Positions 1 to 9,839 are shown, counted from the stretch's first letter. The stretch is 55,512 bases of DNA from an uncultured Eubacteriales bacterium (GCA_964429195.1 CAYSBC010000004.1:1-55512), one strand, 5' to 3'. Notes: a model not told the origin generated them from the letters alone. A program made the numbers and translations.

Positions 1-488
1 GCTGCTTCTCCCAGATTATAAATGTAACCGTTGACCTCGATTTCAGGCCTATCCTTGCGTGGTATGACAATTATATTTCCTGGGTAGATGACCGTTGTGG
101 CAGTAAGACCGTTTACCCTAAGCAGATCCTGTAAATCAACATTAAATCTTTGGGCAATTCCCCACAAGGTATCCCCAGGCTGAACCCTGTAGCGCATTGC
201 AGGAATAATCAATTGTAAACCAGGATAGATATAATTAGGATTGGTAATTTGATTCCTTTGCACGATTTCTTGAACGGACACACCGTATTGCTGAGCAATT
301 CTCCATAAATTTTCTCCCGGTCTAACAACATGAATCACATCTTCAGTAGGAATGACTAACGCCTGACCGATGAGCAATCGATTAGGATTAGGAAGCTCAT
401 TAAGAGCAGCTACTCTTGCCATAGGCACATTGTAAATAGATGAAATCCTCCAAAGTGTTTCGCCGGGCTTGACAACATGAATAAGCAT
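1..488 (-). CDS. LysM-repeat / GH18 spore cortex hydrolase (YaaH/SleL-like), 3' end runs off the window
   Basis: Missing from the ORF track; translated by hand from ATG at 488 (RBS AGGAGG): MLIHVVKPGETLWRISSIYNV... gives three LysM repeats then RPEIEVNGYIY, the usual entry into the GH18 domain. Confidence 0.85.
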   Translation of the reverse strand, partial: MLIHVVKPGETLWRISSIYNVPMARVAALNELPNPNRLLIGQALVIPTEDVIHVVRPGENLWRIAQQYGVSVQEIVQRNQITNPNYIYPGLQLIIPAMRYRVQPGDTLWGIAQRFNVDLQDLLRVNGLTATTVIYPGNIIVIPRKDRPEIEVNGYIYNLGEA

Positions 489-523
489 AAAAAGACCTCC
501 TTTCTTCTTTTCTAGTTCCAATT

Positions 524-547
524 TATGTTTAAATGAAGGAGGCTGTT
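524..547 (-). promoter_or_regulatory. putative sigma-K promoter
   Basis: AACA-16nt-CATAAATTG matches the sigK consensus (HDCA-16-CATAnnnDD) upstream of a spore hydrolase. Confidence 0.5.
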
Positions 548-564
548 ACAAATGTTGCCTATAG

Positions 565-611
565 AAAAACAACCCTGTTGCCTGAACTGAACCGGCACAT
601 AGGGTTGCTTT
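565..611 (-). terminator. intrinsic terminator
   Basis: CAACCCT..TGCC / GGCA..AGGGTTG hairpin followed by a T-run on the minus strand. Confidence 0.6.
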
Positions 612-620
612 ATTTAATGT

Positions 621-1097
621 TTAAAATTCACTTTTCTTTTTCAACAATCTTCTTTGGAAGAATAGGAAGACCGGAAGGGGTATGATGATCCAACCAAAGC
701 TTTTGATAAGGGAATTCTTGGCTCTGACAATTTGTCTCGATTCCTCTGCCTTAACCAGTGCATCATATCGAACCATTAATTCTTCATCCGTAAGCTTACT
801 GTTTTCTATTATGCTTCCATCCTCGACATAATCTTTTTCTACACCCCAGCGTTTATATTCTTCAAAGGTTTGATAATAGGGTGCGGGTGCAAACAAGTCT
901 GCTGCTGCCATAAAAGCTGCTACACTGCCACCTATGGTCATCATGAGTGTTGCAAATAATACTAAATAAATATAGACATTTTTTATCACTTGGTCTCCAT
1001 CTCCTTCCACATTGCCTCTCGTTCCAGCAACGATTAGAATGACTAATGCTACTATGACTATAGGAATTATAAATGCAATTGAAACCATGCCGCACAT
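621..1097 (-). CDS. hypothetical membrane protein
   Basis: Three hydrophobic segments; RBS AGGAGG upstream; start may be 1088. Confidence 0.7.
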   Translation of the reverse strand: MCGMVSIAFIIPIVIVALVILIVAGTRGNVEGDGDQVIKNVYIYLVLFATLMMTIGGSVAAFMAAADLFAPAPYYQTFEEYKRWGVEKDYVEDGSIIENSKLTDEELMVRYDALVKAEESRQIVRAKNSLIKSFGWIIIPLPVFLFFQRRLLKKKSEF

Positions 1098-1144
1098 TCC
1101 TCCTTTAGGATGCTAGGTTATATATTTTTCTATTCCTATCTTAC

Positions 1145-2047
1145 TTATAGGTTATCCAATTTTTCCATGATAAATCTGTCGACTTCCTCGTTTAGTTTAT
1201 ATTCATTTTCTTCCAGTATATTCATGAAATCTTGTAATAATTTTAAATAGGAGCTATCTTCCTCATTACTTATTTCAGCCCTATAAATATTTTTGGCTTC
1301 TTCCTTCATGATTTTGGAATCGTGGCTAAAGAGAGGCGTATTCACTAATCCATAAAGTGTGAAATTAACATACTTTTCATATAAGGCTTTTATCTCTTCT
1401 ATCCTTGATGAATCCGGATATTCATTGATAAACTTTTCTAAACTATAGGCTCTATCTATGACTTCATCCCAACCTATCACCAAGGCAGCATCCTTTGCAG
1501 GCATCTCGTCGGACTCCACAATCATGATTGCAATGTAACTCTTCATATCTTCTGTTACATAGGAGCTGTACTTGTTATAAAAATTATAGTCAATAATAGG
1601 GAAGAACATGCCCTCTGCTGTTTCAACCCTATACCCTGTGTCATCTGCTTTCTTTAAAAGGTTTATTAAGGCTTCATTTTCTGTATTTCTCATGTCATCT
1701 AAATTAAAGTTTGTCATATAATGTTCAAAGATTTCAGCTTGAATGACCTGATCATCAAACTCTTCTTCAAAGCTTGGTAAGTTATCCTTTTGTGCTTTTT
1801 CATACTGATTGATTATCATCGATGCATTTTCTTTTGAAAGGAGTGAAATGTTTTCATCCATATAGTCAACCAACTCTACTAATTCTGCTTCATCGCCAAC
1901 TAAGGCATCCCATCCTTCAATAATAGCTTCTTCCTCTATACCATCCTGTGGATCTGGCAAATCATTCTTATCATTGTTTTCAGGTGTACACCCCATTTGC
2001 AGGCCTAAAAGCAAAACCAGCGCTGCACTCATTATTATCTTTTTCAT
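1145..2047 (-). CDS. hypothetical acidic lipoprotein
   Basis: Signal peptide with lipobox-like LQMGC; RBS GAGGAAGGA. Confidence 0.75.
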   Translation of the reverse strand: MKKIIMSAALVLLLGLQMGCTPENNDKNDLPDPQDGIEEEAIIEGWDALVGDEAELVELVDYMDENISLLSKENASMIINQYEKAQKDNLPSFEEEFDDQVIQAEIFEHYMTNFNLDDMRNTENEALINLLKKADDTGYRVETAEGMFFPIIDYNFYNKYSSYVTEDMKSYIAIMIVESDEMPAKDAALVIGWDEVIDRAYSLEKFINEYPDSSRIEEIKALYEKYVNFTLYGLVNTPLFSHDSKIMKEEAKNIYRAEISNEEDSSYLKLLQDFMNILEENEYKLNEEVDRFIMEKLDNL

Positions 2048-2193
2048 TTTATACTATCCTTCCTTCCTCATTTTTCTTTAGATTCATTCTACACGAATTT
2101 ATTGAATTATTCTACAGACTTCTTACTATAGACGCACTTAGTTCCTATTTCGTTCCCGAAATTTAAAAGGAAATATTTCCCTTGCAAAGCACC

Positions 2194-2230
2194 AAAAATA
2201 GCGTACCACTAAAAATGATACGCTATAAAA
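2194..2230 (-). terminator. intrinsic terminator
   Basis: ATAGCGTA.CA / TG.TACGCTAT hairpin plus T-run. Confidence 0.55.
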
Positions 2231-2274
2231 GCTAATTAACTTATTTCTACCAACTATGCTGATATCACTTTTGC

Positions 2275-3420
2275 TTATAACTTTTCTATTCTAAAAAGTC
2301 GAGATACCATGTACCAGGTTGCCGGAAAAGGCATACTGATAAGCCAATAAAATACCCCTTTTAGCCCATAGGATTTTACAAGCTCATATTTTAAGAAATG
2401 GCCCATTGCGTCTTCAAACCAGACCTTATGATGAGTACCATTCCTAATATAATCCATAAATGCTTGTTGCTCAAAGTCATCAAATTGTATAGATGCTCTG
2501 TACTTTCTTGCTAATTCCCATACTTCCGGCAAAGTTACAGCGGTTGCTAAGTTTTCCGGATTATCCGGTAGTTCCCAATCATAACCATAAAGGGTTAAAC
2601 CTAAAAGAATCTTATTGGCTGGGATATTGTTCTCGATTGCATAATCCAATGATCTTGTTATATATCTTAGGGGCACCGTTGCCCTAGGCGGACCTGAACG
2701 CCAACCAAATTCATAGGTCATAATGGCAGCCCTGTCGATAGAATCTCCTAGAGCATTGTAATCAAAAAAACCAACCCATTCCTCATTAGGCCAGTCATCC
2801 CATTTTGCAGGCATATTCAGAATCAACAGCTTATTATTGTTCTTGAGTTGGATATAAAGCTTCTGAATAAAATTCGTAAACACATTTCTATCTTCCGGAT
2901 TTAAATTTTCAATATCAATGATGACGCCTATCAAATTATCTTCATTAAGTAAAGATAAAATATTCCCTATAAATACCTCTAATGTCTCTGGATTCGATAG
3001 TACTTGATAAGCCAAATCTCGATCAAAATTACCTTCGCTATTCAGGTTGGTAATGACAGGTAATAAGGCAACATTCTTCTCTTGGGCTGCAGCCAGTATT
3101 TCTGTATCCATCTCCCCCTCAAGTGTACCTGTATCTGTCATCTTAAAATCAAAAATGCCTAGATAAGTAAGATACTCTCCTAGGCTTTCAATAAGCGCTG
3201 TTTTATCCTCCACGTTGGATGGATCATAATAGCCAAGAGTTTCAATGGTAGGTCTTAGAGAATCTTCCGGTATATTTTGAGGAATCACTAAAGTCATTCC
3301 GACAATCAATTGATTCGGTTTTTCCAGCCCATTTGCTTCAATAATAGATTGTATCCCTATCCCGAATTCGTTGGCTATAGACCATAGGGTATCCCCTGCT
3401 TTTACGGTATAAATTTCCAT
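2275..3420 (-). CDS. LysM + GH18 spore germination/cortex-lytic hydrolase
   Basis: N-terminal LysM (YTVKAGDTLWSIA), GH18 catalytic-like IIDIE, IMTYEFGW, HKVWFED. Confidence 0.9.
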   Translation of the reverse strand: MEIYTVKAGDTLWSIANEFGIGIQSIIEANGLEKPNQLIVGMTLVIPQNIPEDSLRPTIETLGYYDPSNVEDKTALIESLGEYLTYLGIFDFKMTDTGTLEGEMDTEILAAAQEKNVALLPVITNLNSEGNFDRDLAYQVLSNPETLEVFIGNILSLLNEDNLIGVIIDIENLNPEDRNVFTNFIQKLYIQLKNNNKLLILNMPAKWDDWPNEEWVGFFDYNALGDSIDRAAIMTYEFGWRSGPPRATVPLRYITRSLDYAIENNIPANKILLGLTLYGYDWELPDNPENLATAVTLPEVWELARKYRASIQFDDFEQQAFMDYIRNGTHHKVWFEDAMGHFLKYELVKSYGLKGVFYWLISMPFPATWYMVSRLFRIEKL

Positions 3421-3488
3421 TTTATCATCTCCATTATCTTCATTCTCTTATAATATATGCAATGGAAATAATTGTGCTTAATTTTCTG

Positions 3489-3698
3489 TTAACTATTGGC
3501 TTTTTTTATCTCTTCTTCTCTCAGTTGGTAATATTCCAAGATAAGCTCGTCCATATATTGGCTGACCTTTAATTTGCTTTCATAGTCCAAATGCGTGTTC
3601 GTATATGTATTATTTAAAATCTTGCGCATCTTAATTATCTTTTCATGTAACTTTTTTAGGCTATTATTTTTTGTCTGAATCGCCCTCTTGTTAACCAT
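3489..3698 (-). CDS. Spo0E-like aspartyl-phosphate phosphatase
   Basis: LKVSQYMDELILEY resembles the Spo0E SQxLD motif; RBS GGGGGA favours ATG at 3698. Confidence 0.6.
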   Translation of the reverse strand: MVNKRAIQTKNNSLKKLHEKIIKMRKILNNTYTNTHLDYESKLKVSQYMDELILEYYQLREEEIKKANS

Positions 3699-3768
3699 TT
3701 CGTCCCCCCTTTTATGCTCTGTTTTATATATACCTTTTATATTCTTATTTAAATCATATTTTTTCACT

Positions 3769-3798
3769 AAAAAAAGGACTGCCTTATAACAGTCCTTT
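3769..3798 (-). terminator. ilvCB terminator
   Basis: AAAGGACTG/CAGTCCTTT hairpin plus T7. Confidence 0.65.
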
Positions 3799-3831
3799 GT
3801 CTATTGTCTGATCATTAAGTTTCCCTAAAGA

Positions 3832-5484
3832 CTACTTAAATATCTGATGATCAATCCCTTCACTTGGAGGTACAATTGGGTATACTCCGTCATTGATGTT
3901 GACATGGCATACAATAATTCTGGATTTTCTTTCTTCATGAGCCTCTTCCATGGCTTTCTTAAATTCCGCTAAATTGGTGACATGGACAGCCTTTGAACCA
4001 AAGGCTTCTGCCAACTTCGTATAATCAATGACATCCGGTAAATCCGTAGATGAATACCTTTCCTGATGGAAAAGCTTCTGCCATTGCCGAACCATTCCCA
4101 AAGTATCATTTTTGATAACAAGAGTGATGATTGGAAGTTGATTGGCAGCTACTGTAATCAATTCATTTAAATTCATCCTAAAGCTACCGTCTCCGGCGAC
4201 ATGAAGAACATTTTTATGAGGAGCTGCTATTTGAGATCCTATAGCGGCACCTAAACCATAGCCCATTGTTCCCAGTCCACCTGAGGTTATGAAAGAGCGC
4301 GCCTTTCTAAATGGCCAGCTTTGAGCTACCCACATTTGATGCTGTCCTACCTCAGTAACAATCAAAGTGTCCTCACCTAATATTGCATCAGCAATTCTGA
4401 AAATATTCTTGGCAACAAATCTGTCTTCTCTAGGCAGTGGTTTTGCCCATTGCTTCACTTCATGAATCCAGTTTTTCCTGTCTTTCTCTTCAACGAGTGG
4501 CAACAATTGTCCAAGAATTATTTTAACATCACCTATGATAGAATAATGGGCTTTGACATTTTTACTGATTTCTGATTTGTCAATATCAATATGGACAATC
4601 TTGGCTTTAGGAGCAAATTTAGCAGGATCTCCTGTTACCCTATCGCTAAATCTGGCCCCTAAGGCTAAAACCAAATCACTTCGATTCATTGCTAAATTGG
4701 CTTCTTTGCTACCATGCATGCCGACCATACCCAAAGATAAAATCCCATCCCTTGGATAGGAGCCTAATCCCATCAAACTGTTTGTTACAGGAATTTCGGC
4801 TCTGTCTGCCAGCTCTCGAAGTTCCTGGTCAGCGTTTGCTATGATAATGCCTCCACCGGCATAGATGATAGGTCTTTTGGCTTCATTGATAAGCTTACCT
4901 ATTTCTTCAAGCTGAGATTGATCAAAATCTTTATTCACTGTATAGGTTTTGGGAACCTTACTTTCAAATTCTGTTCTCTCAATCATAATATTTTTAGGCA
5001 GGTCAATAAGAACAGGACCCGGTCTTCCCTCTTTGGCTATATAAAAAGCTTCTCTTATGATATCTGCTAACTCCTCAATATCATCTACAAAGTAATTATG
5101 TTTTGTAATCGGTAAGGTTACTCCTGTCACATCCACTTCCTGAAAAGAGTCCTTGCCAATTAAACTCAAGCCAACCTGACCGGCTATAACCACTAGTGGT
5201 ACAGAATCCATGTATGCAGTTGCTATGCCCGTCACAGTGTTCGTTGCTCCCGGTCCGCTTGTGCAGAAGCAAACACCGACTTTCCCCGTAACCCTAGCAT
5301 AGCCATCTGCAGCATGAACTGCTCCTTGTTCATGACTTGTGAGAATATGCTTCACTTTATCTCTATAGTCATACATCGCATCATAAACAGGCATAATTGC
5401 ACCACCGGGATATCCAAAGATATATTCTACTGATTGCTCTTTCAAACATTCCATTACAACTTGTGACCCTGTCAACTGCATCAT
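3832..5484 (-). CDS. ilvB: acetolactate synthase large subunit
   Basis: FGYPGGAI, HEQGA, TSGPGATN, GQHQMW, TPP motif GDGSF. Confidence 0.95.
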   Translation of the reverse strand: MMQLTGSQVVMECLKEQSVEYIFGYPGGAIMPVYDAMYDYRDKVKHILTSHEQGAVHAADGYARVTGKVGVCFCTSGPGATNTVTGIATAYMDSVPLVVIAGQVGLSLIGKDSFQEVDVTGVTLPITKHNYFVDDIEELADIIREAFYIAKEGRPGPVLIDLPKNIMIERTEFESKVPKTYTVNKDFDQSQLEEIGKLINEAKRPIIYAGGGIIIANADQELRELADRAEIPVTNSLMGLGSYPRDGILSLGMVGMHGSKEANLAMNRSDLVLALGARFSDRVTGDPAKFAPKAKIVHIDIDKSEISKNVKAHYSIIGDVKIILGQLLPLVEEKDRKNWIHEVKQWAKPLPREDRFVAKNIFRIADAILGEDTLIVTEVGQHQMWVAQSWPFRKARSFITSGGLGTMGYGLGAAIGSQIAAPHKNVLHVAGDGSFRMNLNELITVAANQLPIITLVIKNDTLGMVRQWQKLFHQERYSSTDLPDVIDYTKLAEAFGSKAVHVTNLAEFKKAMEEAHEERKSRIIVCHVNINDGVYPIVPPSEGIDHQIFK

Positions 5485-5509
5485 TATTCCTCCCTTAAAA
5501 CATGTGCTT

Positions 5510-6502
5510 TTATTTCTTAATCCAAGCCATCATGTTTCTTAATTTTTGTCCAACTTCTACGATAGGATGTTCTAATTCGCTTCTCTTTATCGCATTAAAG
5601 TTGGGTCTGTTTGTCATATTTTCTATAATCCAATTTTGTGCAAATTTACCGTTTTGAATTTCAGCTAATATTTGTTTCATTTCAGCACGTGTTTCCTTTG
5701 TAACAACACGTCTTCCTGACATATAATCACCATATTCTGCCGTATCACTTACACTGAATCTCATTTTTTCAAATCCACCCTCATAAAGAAGATCGACAAT
5801 GAGTTTTAATTCATGTAAACATTCAAAATAAGCGATCTCAGGTTGATATCCAGCTTCTGTAAGTGTATCAAAACCTGCTTTAACAAGCTCAGTAACACCA
5901 CCACAAAGAACACATTGCTCCCCGAATAAGTCTGTTTCTGTTTCTTCTCCGAAGGTTGTTTCCAAAGCCCCTGCGCGAGTTCCACCAATACCCTTAGCAT
6001 AAGCTAAAGCCATGTCATGAGCTTTTCCTGTGAAATCTTGATGTATTGCAACAAGAACAGGTACTCCAAAACCTTCTTCGTATACTCTTCTTACTAAATG
6101 TCCGGGTCCTTTAGGGGCTACCATGATAACATCAACATTTTCAGGTACGACGATTTGTCCAAAGTGAATATTAAATCCATGTGCAAATGCTAAAACATTG
6201 CCTTCAACCAGATTATCTCTGATTTCTTCTTCATAAATCTTCTTTTGTTTTTCATCCGGAATAAGTATCATAACCACATCAGCAGCCTTAGAAGCCTCAG
6301 CAACACTTAATACTGTAAGGCCATTTTTTTCTGCCTCTGCTTTAGACTTGCTTCCTTCATATAAGCCTACAACAACGTCTACACCGCTTTCTTTTAAGTT
6401 TAAAGCATGGGCGTGTCCTTGACTTCCATAACCTATTATAGCAACCTTTTTCCCATCCAATAATTTTAGATCAGCGTCTTTTTCATAATACATCTTTGCC
6501 AT
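5510..6502 (-). CDS. ilvC: ketol-acid reductoisomerase
   Basis: [30 protein letters not shown]; start chosen by RBS spacing. Confidence 0.97.
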   Translation of the reverse strand: MAKMYYEKDADLKLLDGKKVAIIGYGSQGHAHALNLKESGVDVVVGLYEGSKSKAEAEKNGLTVLSVAEASKAADVVMILIPDEKQKKIYEEEIRDNLVEGNVLAFAHGFNIHFGQIVVPENVDVIMVAPKGPGHLVRRVYEEGFGVPVLVAIHQDFTGKAHDMALAYAKGIGGTRAGALETTFGEETETDLFGEQCVLCGGVTELVKAGFDTLTEAGYQPEIAYFECLHELKLIVDLLYEGGFEKMRFSVSDTAEYGDYMSGRRVVTKETRAEMKQILAEIQNGKFAQNWIIENMTNRPNFNAIKRSELEHPIVEVGQKLRNMMAWIKK

Positions 6503-6616
6503 TTTTAACATCTCCCTTGAATTATAAATTATATTTAAGTAATCATTTTATAGAAAAGGCTTCTAAAGAAGCTTTTAATGTAGCCATTTTGAAACTCCTA
6601 TAGTCCTATTCGTTAT

Positions 6617-6855
6617 AAAAAAAATTCCGCTCCCTAACTATCGTTAGGGGCGAAATCTATACTCGCGGTACCACCCTAAATTATATTCAAAAATACTAAA
6701 TATATCCTCATTACTGTTTAACGGTTCCCCGGCCCCACCTACTGTTGTTTCAACAGAGCAGCTCAAGAGTGACTATTCTATACTTTTCATTACTAACTTG
6801 CACCCACCGTTAGCTCTCTACAAACTGAAAAAGCATTTTTTTCTCTTTCATAGCT
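6617..6855 (-). ncRNA. T-box riboswitch, Val (GUC) specifier
   Basis: Stem I AAAGAG...CTCTT with AGAGA and GGTG boxes; specifier loop GAATA-GTC-A (6771-6773); T-box AATTTAGGGTGGTACCGCG; terminator CGCCCCTAACG/CGTTAGGGAGCG + T-run. Confidence 0.9.
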
Positions 6856-6879
6856 ATTATCATTATTAATTTATTAATC

Positions 6880-6909
6880 ATTCTACTATACAATGAAGAT
6901 TCAAGTCAA
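6880..6909 (-). promoter_or_regulatory. sigma-A promoter of the T-box leader
   Basis: TTGACT-18-TAGAAT. Confidence 0.6.
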
Positions 6910-6983
6910 CCATTAATTTTATTTTTGCCTTTTTATTTATTTGGTCTTTTATCAAAAGAATAGAATTAAACTTTATTAGGAGT

Positions 6984-7012
6984 AACATTTATGGAATCAC
7001 CATCATACTATA
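6984..7012 (+). promoter_or_regulatory. putative sigma-K promoter
   Basis: AACA-16nt-CATACTATA, exact sigK spacing and -10 element. Confidence 0.6.
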
Positions 7013-7044
7013 TTACTAAGTCATTCTGAATAGGAGGTGTCTTT

Positions 7045-7299
7045 TTGGTAGAAGAACTCAGAGAAGTAAAGAGCAACTGTTGTTGCGATGATGATGATGA
7101 TAATTTTATCTGGATTATCGTTCTAGTTCTTATTTTACTATGCTTCTGCGGTGGTGAAGACGGATTATTTAATTTTGGCGGAAGTGGCTGTGGCTGTGGC
7201 AGTGGTTTAGATGGTATACTACCACTTATAATCATAGGTGCTGTTCTCCTTCTTCTTTTAGGTGGTAATAAGGGAGGCTTATTCGGCGGATTATTTTAA
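7045..7299 (+). CDS. small Cys/Gly-rich two-helix membrane protein, probably sporulation-related
   Basis: Strong RBS AGGAGGTG + TTG start; CCCDDDDD, two hydrophobic helices, GCGCG linker. Confidence 0.75.
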   Translation: MVEELREVKSNCCCDDDDDNFIWIIVLVLILLCFCGGEDGLFNFGGSGCGCGSGLDGILPLIIIGAVLLLLLGGNKGGLFGGLF

Positions 7300-7320
7300 A
7301 CCCAAAAAAATTTGTACTTA

Positions 7321-7402
7321 GCAGTAGAAATCTACAAATCTTTGATTTGTAGATTTCTGTGCATAAGATCGCCATCAATTTGTATAGCAAATTGGGCGAG
7401 CT
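7321..7402. repeat. two-hairpin REP/MITE-like element, full copy 1
   Basis: GCAGT-AGAAATCTACAAATC-TTT-GATTTGTAGATTTCT...TCGCC-CAATTTG-TATAG-CAAATTG-GGCGAGCT; colinear with the copy at 12571. Confidence 0.85.
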
Positions 7403-8255
7403 TTAGCATGTCCTCAGGTATTTCAGCAACAATTTCCATTCTCGTCTTCTTCATCGGGTGAATAAAGGATAAATACCGGGCATGAAGAGCTTGTCTTCCG
7501 ATATCTTCATTACCTTTTATACCGTAAAGTGTATCTCCTACTACCGGATGACCTATGGATGCCATATGCACCCTGATTTGATGGGTTCTTCCCGTTAATA
7601 GTGTTATTTCCGCTACAGTGTACTCTGCAAGCCTCTTTAAAACCTTATACTTGGTTATGGATTCCTGCCCATCGGGAGCTATAATTCGTACAATATCTCC
7701 CTCTTCTTTTTTTATAGGCTTATTGATTGTCCCTTCTTCCTCTTCTATTCTTCCTTCTAAAATAGCTATATACTTTTTAACTACTGTATTTTCTTTCATT
7801 TGTGTGGATAATGCTTCTTGCGCAAATGCACTCTTGCCTATGATTAAAAGCCCGGATGTATCTCTATCCAGCCTATTGATAAATCTTATCTTATAAACAT
7901 CTTGCTTTTTGTTCATGTCATGAACCAAACCGTTGGCAATCGTTCCGGTGGGGTGACCCTTTGTAGGATGAACAACGATGCCCGGTTGCTTATCAATAAT
8001 CAATAAATCCTCATCCTCATATACAGTTTGGATTGGAATATCCTCAGGTTCAAAATAGCTGTTTTCACTTGGCAGCACAACTGAAATAACATCTCCCTCC
8101 TTGGGGTAAGTGCTTACATAAACGGACTGTCCATTATTAAAAATGCCATCCGTTCTTTTTAATTTACTTATCAAGCGGCTGGAAATACCCAGTCTCTTTT
8201 TTAATATCTCACTAAGTCTTAGTCCGATATCTTTTTCTTGTATTTTATACTGCAT
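7332..8255 (-). CDS. RluA/RluD-family pseudouridine synthase
   Basis: S4-like N-terminus, catalytic NRLDRDTSG, TGRTHQIRVH. Confidence 0.93.
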   Translation of the reverse strand: MQYKIQEKDIGLRLSEILKKRLGISSRLISKLKRTDGIFNNGQSVYVSTYPKEGDVISVVLPSENSYFEPEDIPIQTVYEDEDLLIIDKQPGIVVHPTKGHPTGTIANGLVHDMNKKQDVYKIRFINRLDRDTSGLLIIGKSAFAQEALSTQMKENTVVKKYIAILEGRIEEEEGTINKPIKKEEGDIVRIIAPDGQESITKYKVLKRLAEYTVAEITLLTGRTHQIRVHMASIGHPVVGDTLYGIKGNEDIGRQALHARYLSFIHPMKKTRMEIVAEIPEDMLKLAQFAIQIDGDLMHRNLQIKDL

Positions 8256-8381
8256 AGTCCCTCCGGTTGTTTTTTTAATAGAAAAGCTGATATATGTTTT
8301 TTTTAAATATTATGCTAAAATTATACCATAATAATGATGATTAGATTATAACGAAATAGAAAAGGATTAAGAGAGGGATAA

Positions 8382-9203
8382 ATGATGATAGATACACCTA
8401 ACAGTAAGATTATTAATGTAGTCTCAAACGATGATTCTTTGTCAGAGGAAATTCGAAGGATTTTAATACAAAAGCTTGAAAAAGCAGGATATCTTGTTCC
8501 CAAAAAATTTGATTATGATGCCATGCTTATTATATGTATAGGTGGAGATGGTGCCTTTTTAAACACTTTGCACACTTATAATTTTCCTGATATACCCTTT
8601 ATCGGTGTCAATACAGGCCACCTGGGTTTTTTCCAGGAGATATTACCTTATCAATTAGACGAGCTCATCTTTAGACTGGAAAAAAACGAATATAAAACTC
8701 AACACCTTAACGCAGTTTCTGCTACTGTTACCTATGGAAATCAGCAGCAACATAATATAACAGCTATGAATGAAATTGTTGTCAGAAGCAGTAAAACCAA
8801 GACTATCCATCTCAACATTTCCCTTAATGATGAATTTTTAGAAAAATTCAGTGGAGATGGTGTTCTTGTTTCCACCTCTCCGGGTAGTACGGCCTACAAC
8901 TATGCCCTTGGGGGAAGCATTGTGGATCCTCGTTTAAAGCTACTGCAAATTACTCCTATTGCCCCTATTAATTCAACTGCTTATCGCTCCTTTACCTCCA
9001 GTGTTATTGTTCCGCCTACAACCAGCGTCAATATCAATCCGGAAAATGCTTTCGAGAATTCCATATCTGTAGCCTATGATGGTATAGAAACAACATTTAA
9101 TAACCTTAAGAAGGTATCTGTTGAACTTTCAGATATCAATATACGTTTGTTAAGGCTTGATTCCTATAATTTTTGGGACAAGGTCAAAAGCAAGTTCTTA
9201 TAA
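8382..9203 (+). CDS. nadK: NAD kinase
   Basis: GGDGAFL, GHLGF, NE motif, GDG..STSPGSTAY. Confidence 0.93.
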   Translation: MMIDTPNSKIINVVSNDDSLSEEIRRILIQKLEKAGYLVPKKFDYDAMLIICIGGDGAFLNTLHTYNFPDIPFIGVNTGHLGFFQEILPYQLDELIFRLEKNEYKTQHLNAVSATVTYGNQQQHNITAMNEIVVRSSKTKTIHLNISLNDEFLEKFSGDGVLVSTSPGSTAYNYALGGSIVDPRLKLLQITPIAPINSTAYRSFTSSVIVPPTTSVNINPENAFENSISVAYDGIETTFNNLKKVSVELSDINIRLLRLDSYNFWDKVKSKFL

Positions 9204-9829
9204 TAAGACTCGGCTTCTCCCTTTGTCCATATACGGGCAATCTGACCGGCTTTTTCAAATTCTAAAGATCCGGTTTTGTGAATATAGGTCCATATATTTT
9301 CTTCAAATAGGTAAGACCTGCCGGATAAAACCTCTTCAATGATGCGATAGTTTTCAGCAAAAAGCTCCTCATAACAGGCTTTAAATTCTTTAAAGTTATG
9401 AGAGCTTTTTTTATAGGTATCTATAGCCATGGCCTTTAATAGCCAATCAAATTCTTTATGAAGCCAGATGCTCATCTTAATGTAATAGGATTTTTTTACA
9501 AAAAGGATTGTTTCAATGTCCTTTGTTACTTTGTAGTCTTGGCAAAAGGTACTGAATAGATTTTGGTTAATCCTGATGTAATCATATTCCTTAAGCTCTT
9601 CCTCTACAAGATCAAAGATTTCTCCTTCATCAATATCCGCAAGATAAGCATCCGGGTCACTTTCTTCCCCGTTCTCGTCTTCTTCTATAAAATCCAGTTT
9701 TTCATTTAATGCGTATAAAATATCAGAGAATAAGGATTTGTTGAACCAAATCCAATTCTCTGATAAATCAAACACTCTTTCTATATTCAATTTGTCTATG
9801 TTGCTCTTTAGAAGTTGCGTTAAATTCAT
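9164..9829 (-). CDS. hypothetical protein
   Basis: 221-aa ORF directly downstream of fabI; 40-bp 3' overlap with nadK. Confidence 0.7.
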   Translation of the reverse strand: MNLTQLLKSNIDKLNIERVFDLSENWIWFNKSLFSDILYALNEKLDFIEEDENGEESDPDAYLADIDEGEIFDLVEEELKEYDYIRINQNLFSTFCQDYKVTKDIETILFVKKSYYIKMSIWLHKEFDWLLKAMAIDTYKKSSHNFKEFKACYEELFAENYRIIEEVLSGRSYLFEENIWTYIHKTGSLEFEKAGQIARIWTKGEAESYYKNLLLTLSQKL

Positions 9830-9839
9830 TTTTTTGACC

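Noticed and set aside
7008-7235. Short track ORFs antisense to or nested in real genes (for example 7008-7235, 14930-15127, 16195-16455, 37143-37493)
   Set aside because: No RBS or recognisable motifs; shadows of well-supported genes
7321-7358. Repeat resembles the Cas12a direct repeat (ATTTCTACTG, TTGTAGAT)
   Set aside because: The sub-motifs are in the wrong order, copies are kilobases apart with no spacers, and there are no cas genes
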